From: a virus
Taxonomy: Duplodnaviria > Caudoviricetes
IMG/VR virus record: IMGVR_UViG_3300020045_005691
Span: 1 to 30,314 of that record
Reading direction: 5' to 3' (one strand)
DNA: 30,314 nucleotides
Under the pieces are notes generated by a model that was given only the letters and a program-made list of their open reading frames with translations, did no database searches and was not told the origin of the DNA. Below are positions 1 through 9,194 of the stretch, in pieces (within the stretch, counting starts at the first letter, position 1; each line of letters starts with the position of its first letter). Made by a program: the position numbers and the translations under genes.

Positions 1-1071
1 AAGTCTTTTAACATCATAGACTTTCTATTTTCTTTAATATCTGATAGCGTTCACAGTCTTTTAAAAGATTTAATTAACGAAAATGAGCATTATCAAAAGT
101 TCTTTAAAATAACTATAAATGAAATAACTGGAATTAATGGCAGCCAGTTTATATTTCGCGGGTTAAGAAAAGAAACCGCTGGGAGCATAAAAAGTATTGA
201 AGGAATAGATATTTGCTGGGTTGAGGAAGCCCAATTTATAAGTAGGTATTCTCTTGATATACTTATACCCACAATTAGAAAAGAAAATAGCAAAGTAATA
301 TTTTCATTAAACCCTACCAATGAAGATGATCCGGTATTTGTTGACTATGTAAAAACCGATAGAGGGGATACGATTAAAAGCGAAGTTAACTATTTTGACA
401 ATCCATTCTTTCCTGAAGTTTTAAAGAATGAAATGGAATGGGATAGAAGTCGAGATATTGATAAATATAATCATATATGGCTCGGGCAAACGGTAACGCA
501 CTCGGATAATCAGATATTTAAAGATAAATGGATTATAGACGACTTTGAGACGCCGGAAGACGTTGTATTTTATCATGGCTCTGATTTTGGCTTTGCTAAT
601 GATCCAACTACTATTGTTAGGTGTTTTATAATTGATAAAATAATATATATAGATAAAGAAGCAGGCGGTATAGGTATTGAAATTGATGATATCGCTAAAG
701 AGTATGAAAAAATTGAAACAACAAAAAAATGGAGAATATATGGCGATTGTTCAAGACCCGAGACAATAAGTTATTTAAAACGAAAAGGATTTGATATCCA
801 CTCATGTGATAAATGGCAGGGGTGCGTTGAAGATAGAATTGAATGGATAAAAAATTATAATATAGTAATACATTCTAAATGCGTAAATACACAATATGAG
901 TTTAGAAAGTATAGCTATAAAACAGATAAGAGAACAGGTATAATAACTCCGAATATAGAGGATAAAAATAATCATTATATTGACGCTCTAGCTTACGGAC
1001 TTAATGACTTGATAAAAAAGCGTGGTGGAGTTATAAAGAGTTCTTTTAGTGCGGCAAGTATAGGATTATGA
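1..1071 (+). CDS. terL: Terminase large subunit, PBSX family (5' truncated by window edge)
   Basis: Frame is open from base 1 into the 433..1071 ORF. Motifs: DSVH, FIFRGL, IKSIEGIDICWVEEA (Walker B), FSLNP, NYFDNPFFP, GSDFGFANDPT, DCSRPETI, DKNNHYIDALAYG (RNase H-like nuclease). Confidence 0.95.
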   Translation, partial: KSFNIIDFLFSLISDSVHSLLKDLINENEHYQKFFKITINEITGINGSQFIFRGLRKETAGSIKSIEGIDICWVEEAQFISRYSLDILIPTIRKENSKVIFSLNPTNEDDPVFVDYVKTDRGDTIKSEVNYFDNPFFPEVLKNEMEWDRSRDIDKYNHIWLGQTVTHSDNQIFKDKWIIDDFETPEDVVFYHGSDFGFANDPTTIVRCFIIDKIIYIDKEAGGIGIEIDDIAKEYEKIETTKKWRIYGDCSRPETISYLKRKGFDIHSCDKWQGCVEDRIEWIKNYNIVIHSKCVNTQYEFRKYSYKTDKRTGIITPNIEDKNNHYIDALAYGLNDLIKKRGGVIKSSFSAASIGL

Positions 1072-1099
1072 AATATTTTAATAAAAAATAAAATATTTC

Positions 1100-1129
1100 T
1101 TGACAATGACATATATATATAGTTAAATT
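1100..1129 (+). promoter_or_regulatory. Putative sigma70-type promoter upstream of portal leader
   Basis: TTGACA (1100-1105), 18-nt spacer, TAAATT (1124-1129); AT-rich upstream. Confidence 0.5.
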
Positions 1130-1181
1130 AAATGATTTCTAGTCATAAATAGTTACTTCTTTATCGGGATAAACCGAAAGG

Positions 1182-1220
1182 GCTCGATGATATAGCTTTG
1201 CTATACATCGGGCTTTTTTT
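1182..1220 (+). terminator. Intrinsic terminator-like hairpin just before portal RBS
   Basis: gctcgatg-a-tatagc/ttt/gctata-catcgggc followed by T7. Confidence 0.7.
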
Positions 1221-1230
1221 ATGGAGAAAA

Positions 1231-2739
1231 ATGAAAACAGATATAAAAAATAACTTTAAGGTTTTTAAATACCCAGAATTAGAAATAGATATTGGTCTTT
1301 TTTTAACAGCTAAACAAATAATAGAACAGATAGAAAAGCATTTAAATACTTTTGTTAATAAATTTAATGAGAATGAAAGTTATTTTTTAGGAGTGAATAG
1401 AACTATTGTCACAAAAGAAAAAGATGATGAATATGCGCCTGACAATAGAATAACTGTTCCTTATGCAAGGACATTAAATCAGATTATAAAAGGTTATATG
1501 TACAAGCCATCTCTTATTAGTTATAACAGCGAGAATGAAGCGTATTTACAGATATTACAAGACATTTATGATAAAAATTATGAACCATTAAAAACAAGTG
1601 AACTTGGCGAAGATCAAGGCAAATATGGCATTGCATTTGAATTATTGTTTGCCGATAGCGAAATTGAAGATGCTGAATTAAGTACTTACCCATTGTTTAT
1701 AAAATGCAAACCACAAGAAATAATACCAATATTCCAAAGAAGTTTAAATAAAAAGTTAATTTGTTTTATAAGATATTATATAATTGAAGATTCGACAGTT
1801 GATACAAATAGCAAATCTAATGAGAGAAAAAAAGTATGGAATGTTGAAGTTTATTATAAAGATAAAGTTGAAACATATGAAATGACAGAAAAGAACGGTC
1901 AAAAAGAAATAATAATAAAAGATGAGTATGAACATTTTTTCGGAGATGTACCGTTATGCATGTATGTGAATAATGAAGAGTTCCAAGCTGATCATGAACC
2001 TATTGTAACTTTAATAGATGCTTATGATAAGTTGATTTCCAGTTCTACTAATGAAGAGGACAGGTTTAGTTCTGCGTATTTAGTTTTAAAGAATTATATA
2101 CTTGCAAATAGCAATGACGATAATGAGAAGCGTCAAATTATGGAAAGGCTTAAAAAGTTTAGGGTATTTGAGGTTCAAGATGATGGAGAGATAAAGTTTT
2201 TAACTAAAGATATTCCTAGTGAATTTTTAAGTTTTTTAAGAGGAGTATTAAGAGAAGATATTCAATTCCATTCACATATACCTGATTTTAGAGATCAAAA
2301 TTTTCAGGCTTCTAGTGGCGAGGCTATGAAATGGGCTTTATTTGATTTTGAAAATTTAGCGGCTGGCAAACAAGCATATATGGAAGTCGGGCTTCAAAGA
2401 CGTATAAAGCTTATAAATAATTTTTTGTCTATTAAGGCGATTGATGCCGATAAGGTGACAATTAAGTTTGAGCGTAATTTACCAAGTAATGATACTATGC
2501 AGATTGATAATGTAATTAAATTAAAGAATACAGAATTATTGTCTGATATTAGCTTATTACATTTATTACCAAAAGATATGGTCAATGATCCTGATGCCGA
2601 GATTGAATTGTTAAAAAAACAAAAAGAAGAAAATATACAAATGTTTGATTTCGAAAACATGAAAGCTGATAATGAAGAATCTGTCAGCGGAAATATTGGA
2701 GAAAAAAAACAAAATGAAATAAATGAAGAGGATGAATAA
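1231..2739 (+). CDS. Portal protein, SPP1 gp6-like
   Basis: DNRITVPYARTL, GKYGIAFELLF, VPLCMYVNN, LIDAYDKLIS, SHIPD, ASSGEAMK, IKFERNLP. ATG 1231 follows GGAG and is preferred over the TTG at 1198. Confidence 0.95.
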   Translation: MKTDIKNNFKVFKYPELEIDIGLFLTAKQIIEQIEKHLNTFVNKFNENESYFLGVNRTIVTKEKDDEYAPDNRITVPYARTLNQIIKGYMYKPSLISYNSENEAYLQILQDIYDKNYEPLKTSELGEDQGKYGIAFELLFADSEIEDAELSTYPLFIKCKPQEIIPIFQRSLNKKLICFIRYYIIEDSTVDTNSKSNERKKVWNVEVYYKDKVETYEMTEKNGQKEIIIKDEYEHFFGDVPLCMYVNNEEFQADHEPIVTLIDAYDKLISSSTNEEDRFSSAYLVLKNYILANSNDDNEKRQIMERLKKFRVFEVQDDGEIKFLTKDIPSEFLSFLRGVLREDIQFHSHIPDFRDQNFQASSGEAMKWALFDFENLAAGKQAYMEVGLQRRIKLINNFLSIKAIDADKVTIKFERNLPSNDTMQIDNVIKLKNTELLSDISLLHLLPKDMVNDPDAEIELLKKQKEENIQMFDFENMKADNEESVSGNIGEKKQNEINEEDE

Positions 2740-2912
2740 TGGAAACATTTAAAATTAGAGATGTTATTCAAGATTTAAAAAGATATTTAATAGAGTTTGA
2801 TACTAATATAGTTGGTATTAAAAAAGAAGGAAGCAAGATTATATTTGAGGTAGAAGATGCTAAAAACATTCCAAGAAAAAGCATTCAAAACATCTCTAAA
2901 GAGGCTGAATAA
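2739..2912 (+). CDS. Small hypothetical protein (57 aa, METFKIRDVIQ...), not in ORF track
   Basis: ATG overlaps the portal TAA and the ORF fills the gap to the gp7-like gene. Confidence 0.55.
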   Translation: METFKIRDVIQDLKRYLIEFDTNIVGIKKEGSKIIFEVEDAKNIPRKSIQNISKEAE

Positions 2913-3678
2913 TACTGAGCGTCAGTTAGCTCAAATATATAAAGGTTCTTTGACAGATTTAAGAAATAAATTATTAGTTCTATCTGAAAAGATAGAATCT
3001 AAAACTATGACTGATAGTGATTTATATAAGTATAACAGATTAAGCAAAATGTATGAAAATACAATGGTTGCCATGAAAGATATATCAAAACAAACTTATG
3101 ATATTATAAAGAAAAGCAATAAAGATGTAGCTAAGATAGCATATGAAGGTAGTAGAATTGCTTATAATAAAGTAGCCGGAATTGATATAGGTAGAATAGA
3201 TACTGAATCTTTAAGAAAAATGGTTGAATTTAGTTATCCGGAAGTTCCATTTAAAGATTTTGTAAATAAGCTAGGCGCTAATGGAATAACAAGATTAAAG
3301 CAAACATTAGGGGCTGGATTAGCACAAGGCGAATCGATACCAAAGATTTCAGCAAGATTAAAAGATGCTTTAAATATAACTTTTAATGATGCGGTAAGAA
3401 TAGCAAGAACAGAAGCATTAAGGGCAAATAGCGAGGCAATGGTAGACGCTACTGAAAAAGCCAAAGAGAATGGTATTAAAATAAAAAAAGTTTGGCAACA
3501 TAATATATTAAGTCAATACGCCCGAGAATCTCATATTGCGTTAGACGGAGTGGAAGAAGATAAAGACGGTTTGTTTTGGTCAAATGGATTAAGTGCGCCT
3601 GCTCCGAGAATGTTTAATGACGCAGGAGAAGATATAAATTGCGGTTGTAGTTATATAGAGGAAATTATAGAAGATTAG
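2857..3678 (+). CDS. Minor head morphogenesis protein (SPP1 gp7 / Mu F-like)
   Basis: RIARTE, KKVW, RESHIALDG, EDINCGCS motifs; located after portal. Confidence 0.92.
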   Translation: MLKTFQEKAFKTSLKRLNNTERQLAQIYKGSLTDLRNKLLVLSEKIESKTMTDSDLYKYNRLSKMYENTMVAMKDISKQTYDIIKKSNKDVAKIAYEGSRIAYNKVAGIDIGRIDTESLRKMVEFSYPEVPFKDFVNKLGANGITRLKQTLGAGLAQGESIPKISARLKDALNITFNDAVRIARTEALRANSEAMVDATEKAKENGIKIKKVWQHNILSQYARESHIALDGVEEDKDGLFWSNGLSAPAPRMFNDAGEDINCGCSYIEEIIED

Positions 3679-3758
3679 TTATCGTTATATGCGATATGAT
3701 ATATAGCGGGTTTGTTGGTAGTCCTGCAAGTAAAAACCTTCATTATTAAATAATCTTG

Positions 3759-3800
3759 AAAAAGACTTAATAGGTATAAAACTTATTAGGTCTTTTTTTT
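3759..3800 (+). terminator. Intrinsic (possibly bidirectional) terminator
   Basis: aaaaagacttaataggt/ataaa/acttattaggtcttttt forms a 17-bp stem with 2 G-U pairs and a T8 tract. Confidence 0.8.
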
Positions 3801-3841
3801 GAATAAACGGGATTCTCAAAAAGAATAACGGAAAGGAATAT

Positions 3842-4000
3842 ATGTATAATTTTAGGTTAAAAAAAATTTGTAATGATTTGAGTCGCGAATTACATCGTGG
3901 AGCAGATGAACAAATTGAAGAGATTCTTAACGTAGTTAAGGAAGAATATAATTTAAGACAGGGTGTTAAGCGCACAATGTCAAAAGAGGTTGGAAAATGA
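3842..4000 (+). CDS. Small hypothetical protein (52 aa, MYNFRLKKIC...), not in ORF track
   Basis: AAAGGA RBS; stop overlaps the scaffold ATG (ATGA). Confidence 0.6.
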   Translation: MYNFRLKKICNDLSRELHRGADEQIEEILNVVKEEYNLRQGVKRTMSKEVGK

Positions 4001-4659
4001 GTGACACAATAATTCAGGGTGCTGAAAAAACAAATGAACAAGTTAATGATAATCAGCCAACTGATACAAAAGTCGAAGGTGGAGAGAATAAGGAATTTAT
4101 AAATTCTTTAGTTGATGAAAAATTAGACACTATAAAGAAATTTTATAGTGCTGAATTAGATAAACAAAAGAAAGAAGTATCTGGTTTAAACCGTAAAAAT
4201 TCAGAACTACAGAATGAAATAAAAAAGTTCAGGGCAAAGGAAATGACTGCAGAAGAACAGCAGCAGTTAAAAGAAAAAGAATTAAAAGAAGAGTTTTCAA
4301 AGCTTTATCGTCTAAAGGCAATTAACAAGTTTGAATTCAAACTAGATGAAGATGATGATATTGACTTTGCTGATTATTTTAATGGTGAGAATGAAGATGA
4401 GGTTTTAGGTAAAGCAGAAAAATTAAAAATATGGATTGATAAAAGAATATCAAAGGGAATTGAAAAAGGCGTTGAAGAGCGCATATCAAAAGGGTATGTT
4501 CCTAAAACTGGGCTTTCATCACAAGTTAAAAAAGATTTAGCAACAACAAGTAAAGAGGAATTAACGGAGCTTTATATAAAAGCTCAAAAATCTAATAATC
4601 AAGAAGAGAAAAACTTGATTAAAGAAGAACAAATGAGAAGATTAAAAATAGCTATGTAG
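3997..4659 (+). CDS. Capsid scaffolding protein
   Basis: K/E-rich coiled coil (KEMTAEEQQQ) with acidic N-terminus, directly upstream of the capsid gene. Confidence 0.8.
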   Translation: MSDTIIQGAEKTNEQVNDNQPTDTKVEGGENKEFINSLVDEKLDTIKKFYSAELDKQKKEVSGLNRKNSELQNEIKKFRAKEMTAEEQQQLKEKELKEEFSKLYRLKAINKFEFKLDEDDDIDFADYFNGENEDEVLGKAEKLKIWIDKRISKGIEKGVEERISKGYVPKTGLSSQVKKDLATTSKEELTELYIKAQKSNNQEEKNLIKEEQMRRLKIAM

Positions 4660-4669
4660 GAGGAAACAA

Positions 4670-5521
4670 ATGGCTGATTATGTAAGCGAATTTATACCTG
4701 AAATTTGGTCAGGAACCATATTAGACGCGAAAGAAAAAGCACATATTTTAGGAAGATTTGCAAATAGGAATTACGAGGGTGATTTAATTTATGGCAATAA
4801 AGTGCGGATACCACAAGTAGGATATCCGGCAATAAATACTTATACAAGAAACAGTACATCTAATTTAACAAAAGAGTATGCTAATGTTTCGGATATGTAT
4901 TTAACAATAGACCAAGAAAAATATTTTGATATTGTATTTGACGATGTTGACATTAAACAATCAAAAGTCCCGTTTATGGATGCTTTTGCGGCAAAGGCAG
5001 GATATAAACTCGCAGATACACAGGATTCATATATTGCTGGTCTTTATGCGCAAGCTGGAATTACAACTACTTCAAACAGTGCGTCAACTTATGTTACATT
5101 AGGGTCAAGCAATGTAAGGACACAATTCTTATTGATGGGTAAAGCGTTCGATGCGGCAAATATACCAAGAGATAGAAGATGGGTATTTGCCCCGCCTGAG
5201 TTAGTATATGAATTAACAGACGCCGGTATTTTAGAACAGTCTAATAATGATAGGCTTTGGGCTTCTGGTTTAGCGCCGGATGCTTATGGATTTGGCGTGT
5301 ATATGTCTAATAATGTATCTTCAACAGGTGATGGGAAGTTTAAATTACTTTTCGGTTATGGACAGGAATCAATAACAATGGCAGAACAGCTTAACAAAGT
5401 AGAAGCTGGAAGATTAACACAAGAAGGTTTTGGTTATTATACAAAAGGACTTCATGTTTACGGCGCGCGTTTAATTAGTGATAGAGCAGGTGTTATGTAT
5501 GCTACTATCGCTAATGACTAA
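4670..5521 (+). CDS. Major capsid protein (HK97 fold)
   Basis: FIPEIWS, NRNYEGD, GNKVRIP, LTIDQEKYF, GLHVYGA motifs; strong AGGAGG RBS. Confidence 0.92.
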   Translation: MADYVSEFIPEIWSGTILDAKEKAHILGRFANRNYEGDLIYGNKVRIPQVGYPAINTYTRNSTSNLTKEYANVSDMYLTIDQEKYFDIVFDDVDIKQSKVPFMDAFAAKAGYKLADTQDSYIAGLYAQAGITTTSNSASTYVTLGSSNVRTQFLLMGKAFDAANIPRDRRWVFAPPELVYELTDAGILEQSNNDRLWASGLAPDAYGFGVYMSNNVSSTGDGKFKLLFGYGQESITMAEQLNKVEAGRLTQEGFGYYTKGLHVYGARLISDRAGVMYATIAND

Positions 5522-5539
5522 TTAAGGAGGTTTTAATAA

Positions 5540-5923
5540 ATGGCAGCATTAACAACAACTTTGAATAAAATTGGGATAAATGGATTTTTGCAGTCAACAA
5601 TGGGAGCACACGTCAACTGGTCTACTTCATCTACAAAAGTAGTTTTTACTTGCGGAGATATTAGTAAAGTAGTTATAGTCGGTCTTAATTCAGGGGTTGA
5701 CGATATTACAGCAACAATAAGCGCAACAACAGCCAATGGCTATGCACAATCAGGAAGAGGCGATTTGGTCTTAACAACTTCTTTAGCATCTTCAAGCTTT
5801 TTCATGATTGCTAATTTGGAATCTAACTGGTTTCAAACAACTTCAAATTCATTTACAATTAACTTTTCAACAGCTTTAACTATGGTTGGGGCTTATGAAT
5901 TAGGAAGTTCAAGAGTAAATTAA
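5540..5923 (+). CDS. Putative capsid decoration protein, Ser/Thr-rich
   Basis: Follows the capsid gene with AAGGAGG RBS; beta-strand-like sequence; 36/127 residues are S/T by hand count. Confidence 0.6.
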   Translation: MAALTTTLNKIGINGFLQSTMGAHVNWSTSSTKVVFTCGDISKVVIVGLNSGVDDITATISATTANGYAQSGRGDLVLTTSLASSSFFMIANLESNWFQTTSNSFTINFSTALTMVGAYELGSSRVN

Positions 5924-5928
5924 AATAT

Positions 5929-5950
5929 GGGAGTAGAAATACTCCCTTTA
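5929..5950 (+). terminator. GAAA-tetraloop hairpin (weak terminator or mRNA stabiliser) after the capsid and decoration genes
   Basis: gggagta-gaaa-tactccc followed by ttta. Confidence 0.55.
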
Positions 5951-5967
5951 AATTAAAAGGGGATAAA

Positions 5968-7035
5968 ATGAGTAAATTAAGTAAAGAGGAATATTGCAAA
6001 GAATTAACTGGAAAGGAAATGCCGGATTTGACTCCGCAAGAAGTAATTGACAAAGAAAAAAATAAAAAAATACTTTGTCTTTTGGGAACTGCGTATAGCA
6101 GACACAAAGCGCCTTGGGATAATCCAAATGCTGAATTTTGGGGCGTTGGTCATTGTTTACTTTTAGAAGACATAAAAAAAATGGATAAGGTTTTTGAGAT
6201 CCATTTGCCTTATATTTATGAGAGTGAAATAAGCCCTTTCAAATCTGGTAAAGAGCAGACTAATAAACCGTTAGTATATCATGCGAATAAGGAAAATGCT
6301 TTATTTCATGCAAAAGAAAAAGACGTGACTGTTATAGTGTCTCAAAAAAATGACAAGCTAAATAGTTATGAGATTTTTCCGAGACAAGAACTGATTGAAA
6401 AATATCAAGGTATATTGCCGGTAAGTGATAAGTTTTATGCGACCAATAGTATAGCGTGGATGATCTTATATGCGATACATTTAAATAAGTTCGATGAAAT
6501 ACATTTGTACGGTATTCATCTTGAAACTAATACAGAATGGCAATATGAGAGACCTTGTTGTGAATGGTGGTTAGGTGTCTGGGCTGGTTTAATGTTAGCA
6601 CAAGGCAAAAAAGGAGTTATACATATGGCTGAGGAATCTGATATTTGTAGGGGATTAAATGAATACGGATTTGCAGACATTGAAATAAGACGCAAAAAAA
6701 TACAAGGCAAATTAGAATTTGATGATAAGGCAATTAAACAATTAACTCATCAAAGAAATATTGTATCGGCTGATATGAATCGGTTAATAAGTGAAAGAAA
6801 TATTCCGATTGAAGATAAGATAAAATGGTTAAAGGATAATATAGATTTATATTCTAAAGAATTGATTGCTTATGAAACAACTGATAAAGAGCAATATAAA
6901 AATAATATATTATCTAAAATAGAAAGTGAATTGCAAAGGTTAGATCGAGAGGGACGAGAACTTGACGCCAAGATTAGCGCGTTTAATGGTGCAAGAGACA
7001 CTAACCTTTACTATCTTAACGAGCTTAATGCGTAG
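5968..7035 (+). CDS. Putative glycosyltransferase with Maf/GT29/GT42-like Rossmann-fold motifs, plus C-terminal coiled coil
   Basis: KILCLLGTAYS (compare KxxxxxGxGPS), EFWGVG, DKVFEIH and NSIAWMILYAI..FDEIHLYGIHL (compare S....A...G..EI.L.G.D); helical K/E-rich C-terminus. Confidence 0.55.
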   Translation: MSKLSKEEYCKELTGKEMPDLTPQEVIDKEKNKKILCLLGTAYSRHKAPWDNPNAEFWGVGHCLLLEDIKKMDKVFEIHLPYIYESEISPFKSGKEQTNKPLVYHANKENALFHAKEKDVTVIVSQKNDKLNSYEIFPRQELIEKYQGILPVSDKFYATNSIAWMILYAIHLNKFDEIHLYGIHLETNTEWQYERPCCEWWLGVWAGLMLAQGKKGVIHMAEESDICRGLNEYGFADIEIRRKKIQGKLEFDDKAIKQLTHQRNIVSADMNRLISERNIPIEDKIKWLKDNIDLYSKELIAYETTDKEQYKNNILSKIESELQRLDREGRELDAKISAFNGARDTNLYYLNELNA

Positions 7036-7070
7036 GGGGAATTCATTTAATTTTTTGGTAGGTAAAAAAA

Positions 7071-7505
7071 ATGGGAAGAGCGAGCTTTAACAGGTTATTC
7101 GCAAAAGATATGAACTGCGATACTCTCACAGTAACATCAACAAGTTATGACTTGTCAGTTGATGGTCATTTTTCAAGTGCTATTATTTCTACTGGCACAG
7201 CAATATTTTCGAGTGTAACAGCAATTTCAACTGCTACATTAGCGGCGGCGACTTTAACTCAAAGCGTTTTGTCAAGTGCTATAATTTCAACCGGCACGGG
7301 TGTATTTTCAAGTTTAACATGCGTTGGCACTTTTGTTTATACTCCGTCAACTTCGACAACAAGTATTACATTTGCAACAAGCACATTTGTATTAAGCGGT
7401 GCAGCTTCAACTAAATTAAACTGGGGTTATCAAACAATGTATCTACAAAGAGGTTTAGTAGTTAATTTTTCTACAATTACTTCAACCTTTATTATAACAG
7501 CATAA
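7071..7505 (+). CDS. Ser/Thr-rich putative head fibre or structural protein
   Basis: 52/144 residues are S/T; internal repeat SSAIISTGTxxFSS occurs twice; located in the head module. Confidence 0.55.
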   Translation: MGRASFNRLFAKDMNCDTLTVTSTSYDLSVDGHFSSAIISTGTAIFSSVTAISTATLAAATLTQSVLSSAIISTGTGVFSSLTCVGTFVYTPSTSTTSITFATSTFVLSGAASTKLNWGYQTMYLQRGLVVNFSTITSTFIITA

Positions 7506-7517
7506 AGGAAGTGTAAC

Positions 7518-8105
7518 ATGGCTGAAAGTGGAATTGTATTAGGTATAATTCAGAATGCTAAAGATAGTATTCATAGTTCAATTAAAGTAATACCAATAGA
7601 ACACGCTGAAATTCATAGTGGAAAGTTTTATGCAGCTTCAAGGTCTACATCTGATTTAGGCGCAAGTTCTTGGCTTGATTTAGAGCTAATTACTCCATCG
7701 TCAAGCGTTAGTTATTCGCATTTATATTGGGATTTTAATGTAAGCGGTGGACTTGGTGAGATTGTATTTTGTGACCTTTCAACAGCTACTACCTACGCTC
7801 ACGGCGCGTCTACAATGGCGGCAATCAATAAAAATAGAGTATCTACAAATACGGCTGGGCTTTCAATATTTTATGGAAGCACTACTTCGGGATTTATTAC
7901 ATCCACTATGACAAGTAGTCAAGCTGTATTACTGGCTAATTACTATGAAGGTTCTACCGGAACAAATGCTGGTAGAGCTGGCGCTGGCGGTGATATGCAA
8001 GTTCACGAATATATTTTAGCGTCTAATAGCACTTATGTATTAAGATTATGGAATAGAGGCACGGCAGGTGCGGCTTCATTGAGATTATTTTGGTATGAGG
8101 ATTAA
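7518..8105 (+). CDS. Ser/Thr/Gly-rich putative virion protein
   Basis: 46/195 residues are S/T; N-terminal EHAEIHSG motif; located in the head module. Confidence 0.5.
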   Translation: MAESGIVLGIIQNAKDSIHSSIKVIPIEHAEIHSGKFYAASRSTSDLGASSWLDLELITPSSSVSYSHLYWDFNVSGGLGEIVFCDLSTATTYAHGASTMAAINKNRVSTNTAGLSIFYGSTTSGFITSTMTSSQAVLLANYYEGSTGTNAGRAGAGGDMQVHEYILASNSTYVLRLWNRGTAGAASLRLFWYED

Positions 8106-8132
8106 TATACCATTTTGAAAAGGTAAAAATAA

Positions 8133-8711
8133 ATGAGCACAAATTGCCTTGTTGCTACAAGCAATGTTAAATTATATACGGGAATAACTTCTACAGGATA
8201 TGATAGTCTTATAGAAAGTTATGTACCTATGATTTTAGATGATATCGTTAACTATACCCAGAACTCTTTTGTTAATTCAACGATGTATTGGTATGATGAC
8301 CAAATTACATTCACATCGAATGCAATCGAGCGCAATAATACAAGTGTTGATTTGAGTTATTATTGGAGACAGGGAAATATTGTAAGAGTTCTGGGGTCTA
8401 TTTTTAATGATGGTTTTTATTCAGTAAGTTCGGCAGTTACAAGTAGTAGTTTAGGATTGAATGAAATATTAACTACTGAAAGTTCAGGCAATGGAAAGTT
8501 AATAAAACTTTTTAAAGTTCAATACCCAAATGATATACCTTTGATTGCAAGTAGAATGATAAAGCATTTAACACTTACTTTAGATAATCCAAATATAACA
8601 AGTGAATCGTTAGGCGATCATTCAATAAGTTATACGGCTGTTGGTAGTAATAGTTATCCTGAAAGTATAATAAAAGGATTAGATAAATATAGAAAAATCA
8701 GGATGGTATAA
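8133..8711 (+). CDS. Head-tail adaptor (SPP1 gp15-like) with inserted beta domain
   Basis: N-terminal VKLYTGI..YDSLI and C-terminal ITSESLGDHSISY..YPESIIKGLDKYR; insert GNIVRVLGSIFNDGFYSV. Confidence 0.85.
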   Translation: MSTNCLVATSNVKLYTGITSTGYDSLIESYVPMILDDIVNYTQNSFVNSTMYWYDDQITFTSNAIERNNTSVDLSYYWRQGNIVRVLGSIFNDGFYSVSSAVTSSSLGLNEILTTESSGNGKLIKLFKVQYPNDIPLIASRMIKHLTLTLDNPNITSESLGDHSISYTAVGSNSYPESIIKGLDKYRKIRMV

Positions 8712-9194
8712 ATGGCAATAGCAAACTTTTATAACACAACTGCTATCTATGAAATACCAACTATAACGATTGATAGTTATGGTCAAGACACAAAGACTTG
8801 GTCTGTTAGTACATTTATAGTGGGCAGATTACAGGGCAGAAGCGGTGACAAAAGTATTTATACTAATTATCAAGAAAAAGCATCTTATAATGAAAGGTTT
8901 TATTGTAACCTTGTGAGTGTTGGAAGTTCGGGTAGGTTTTTATTTTCGACAAGTGCATATACTTATAAAGGAACTGTTTCTACTAGTAGTGGACTGACAA
9001 GTACAGATCTCGGTTCTTTATATAATGTTAGTATTGCATTCTCTACTTATATACAAGGTGATTATTTAATTAATACTTCAACTGGATATGGTAAGGCATC
9101 TATGATTTATAGAGATATTTTGTATATAAATAAAAATCTTAAGGACAGTCATTATCAAATAGATTTGAAAGTTGATTATGCAAATAGAGGTTAA
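8712..9194 (+). CDS. Head closure protein (SPP1 gp16-like) with S/T-rich insert
   Basis: DSYGQDTKTW, GRLQGRSG, HYQIDLK motifs; gene position. Confidence 0.75.
   Translation: MAIANFYNTTAIYEIPTITIDSYGQDTKTWSVSTFIVGRLQGRSGDKSIYTNYQEKASYNERFYCNLVSVGSSGRFLFSTSAYTYKGTVSTSSGLTSTDLGSLYNVSIAFSTYIQGDYLINTSTGYGKASMIYRDILYINKNLKDSHYQIDLKVDYANRG

Noticed and set aside
1165-1190. c-di-GMP-I riboswitch (GATAAACC-GAAA-GG resemblance)
   Set aside because: It lacks the GCAAA-led second stem and tetraloop receptor, and is too short.
1198-1230. Portal start at TTG 1198
   Set aside because: It lies within the terminator hairpin and has no RBS, whereas ATG 1231 has GGAG.
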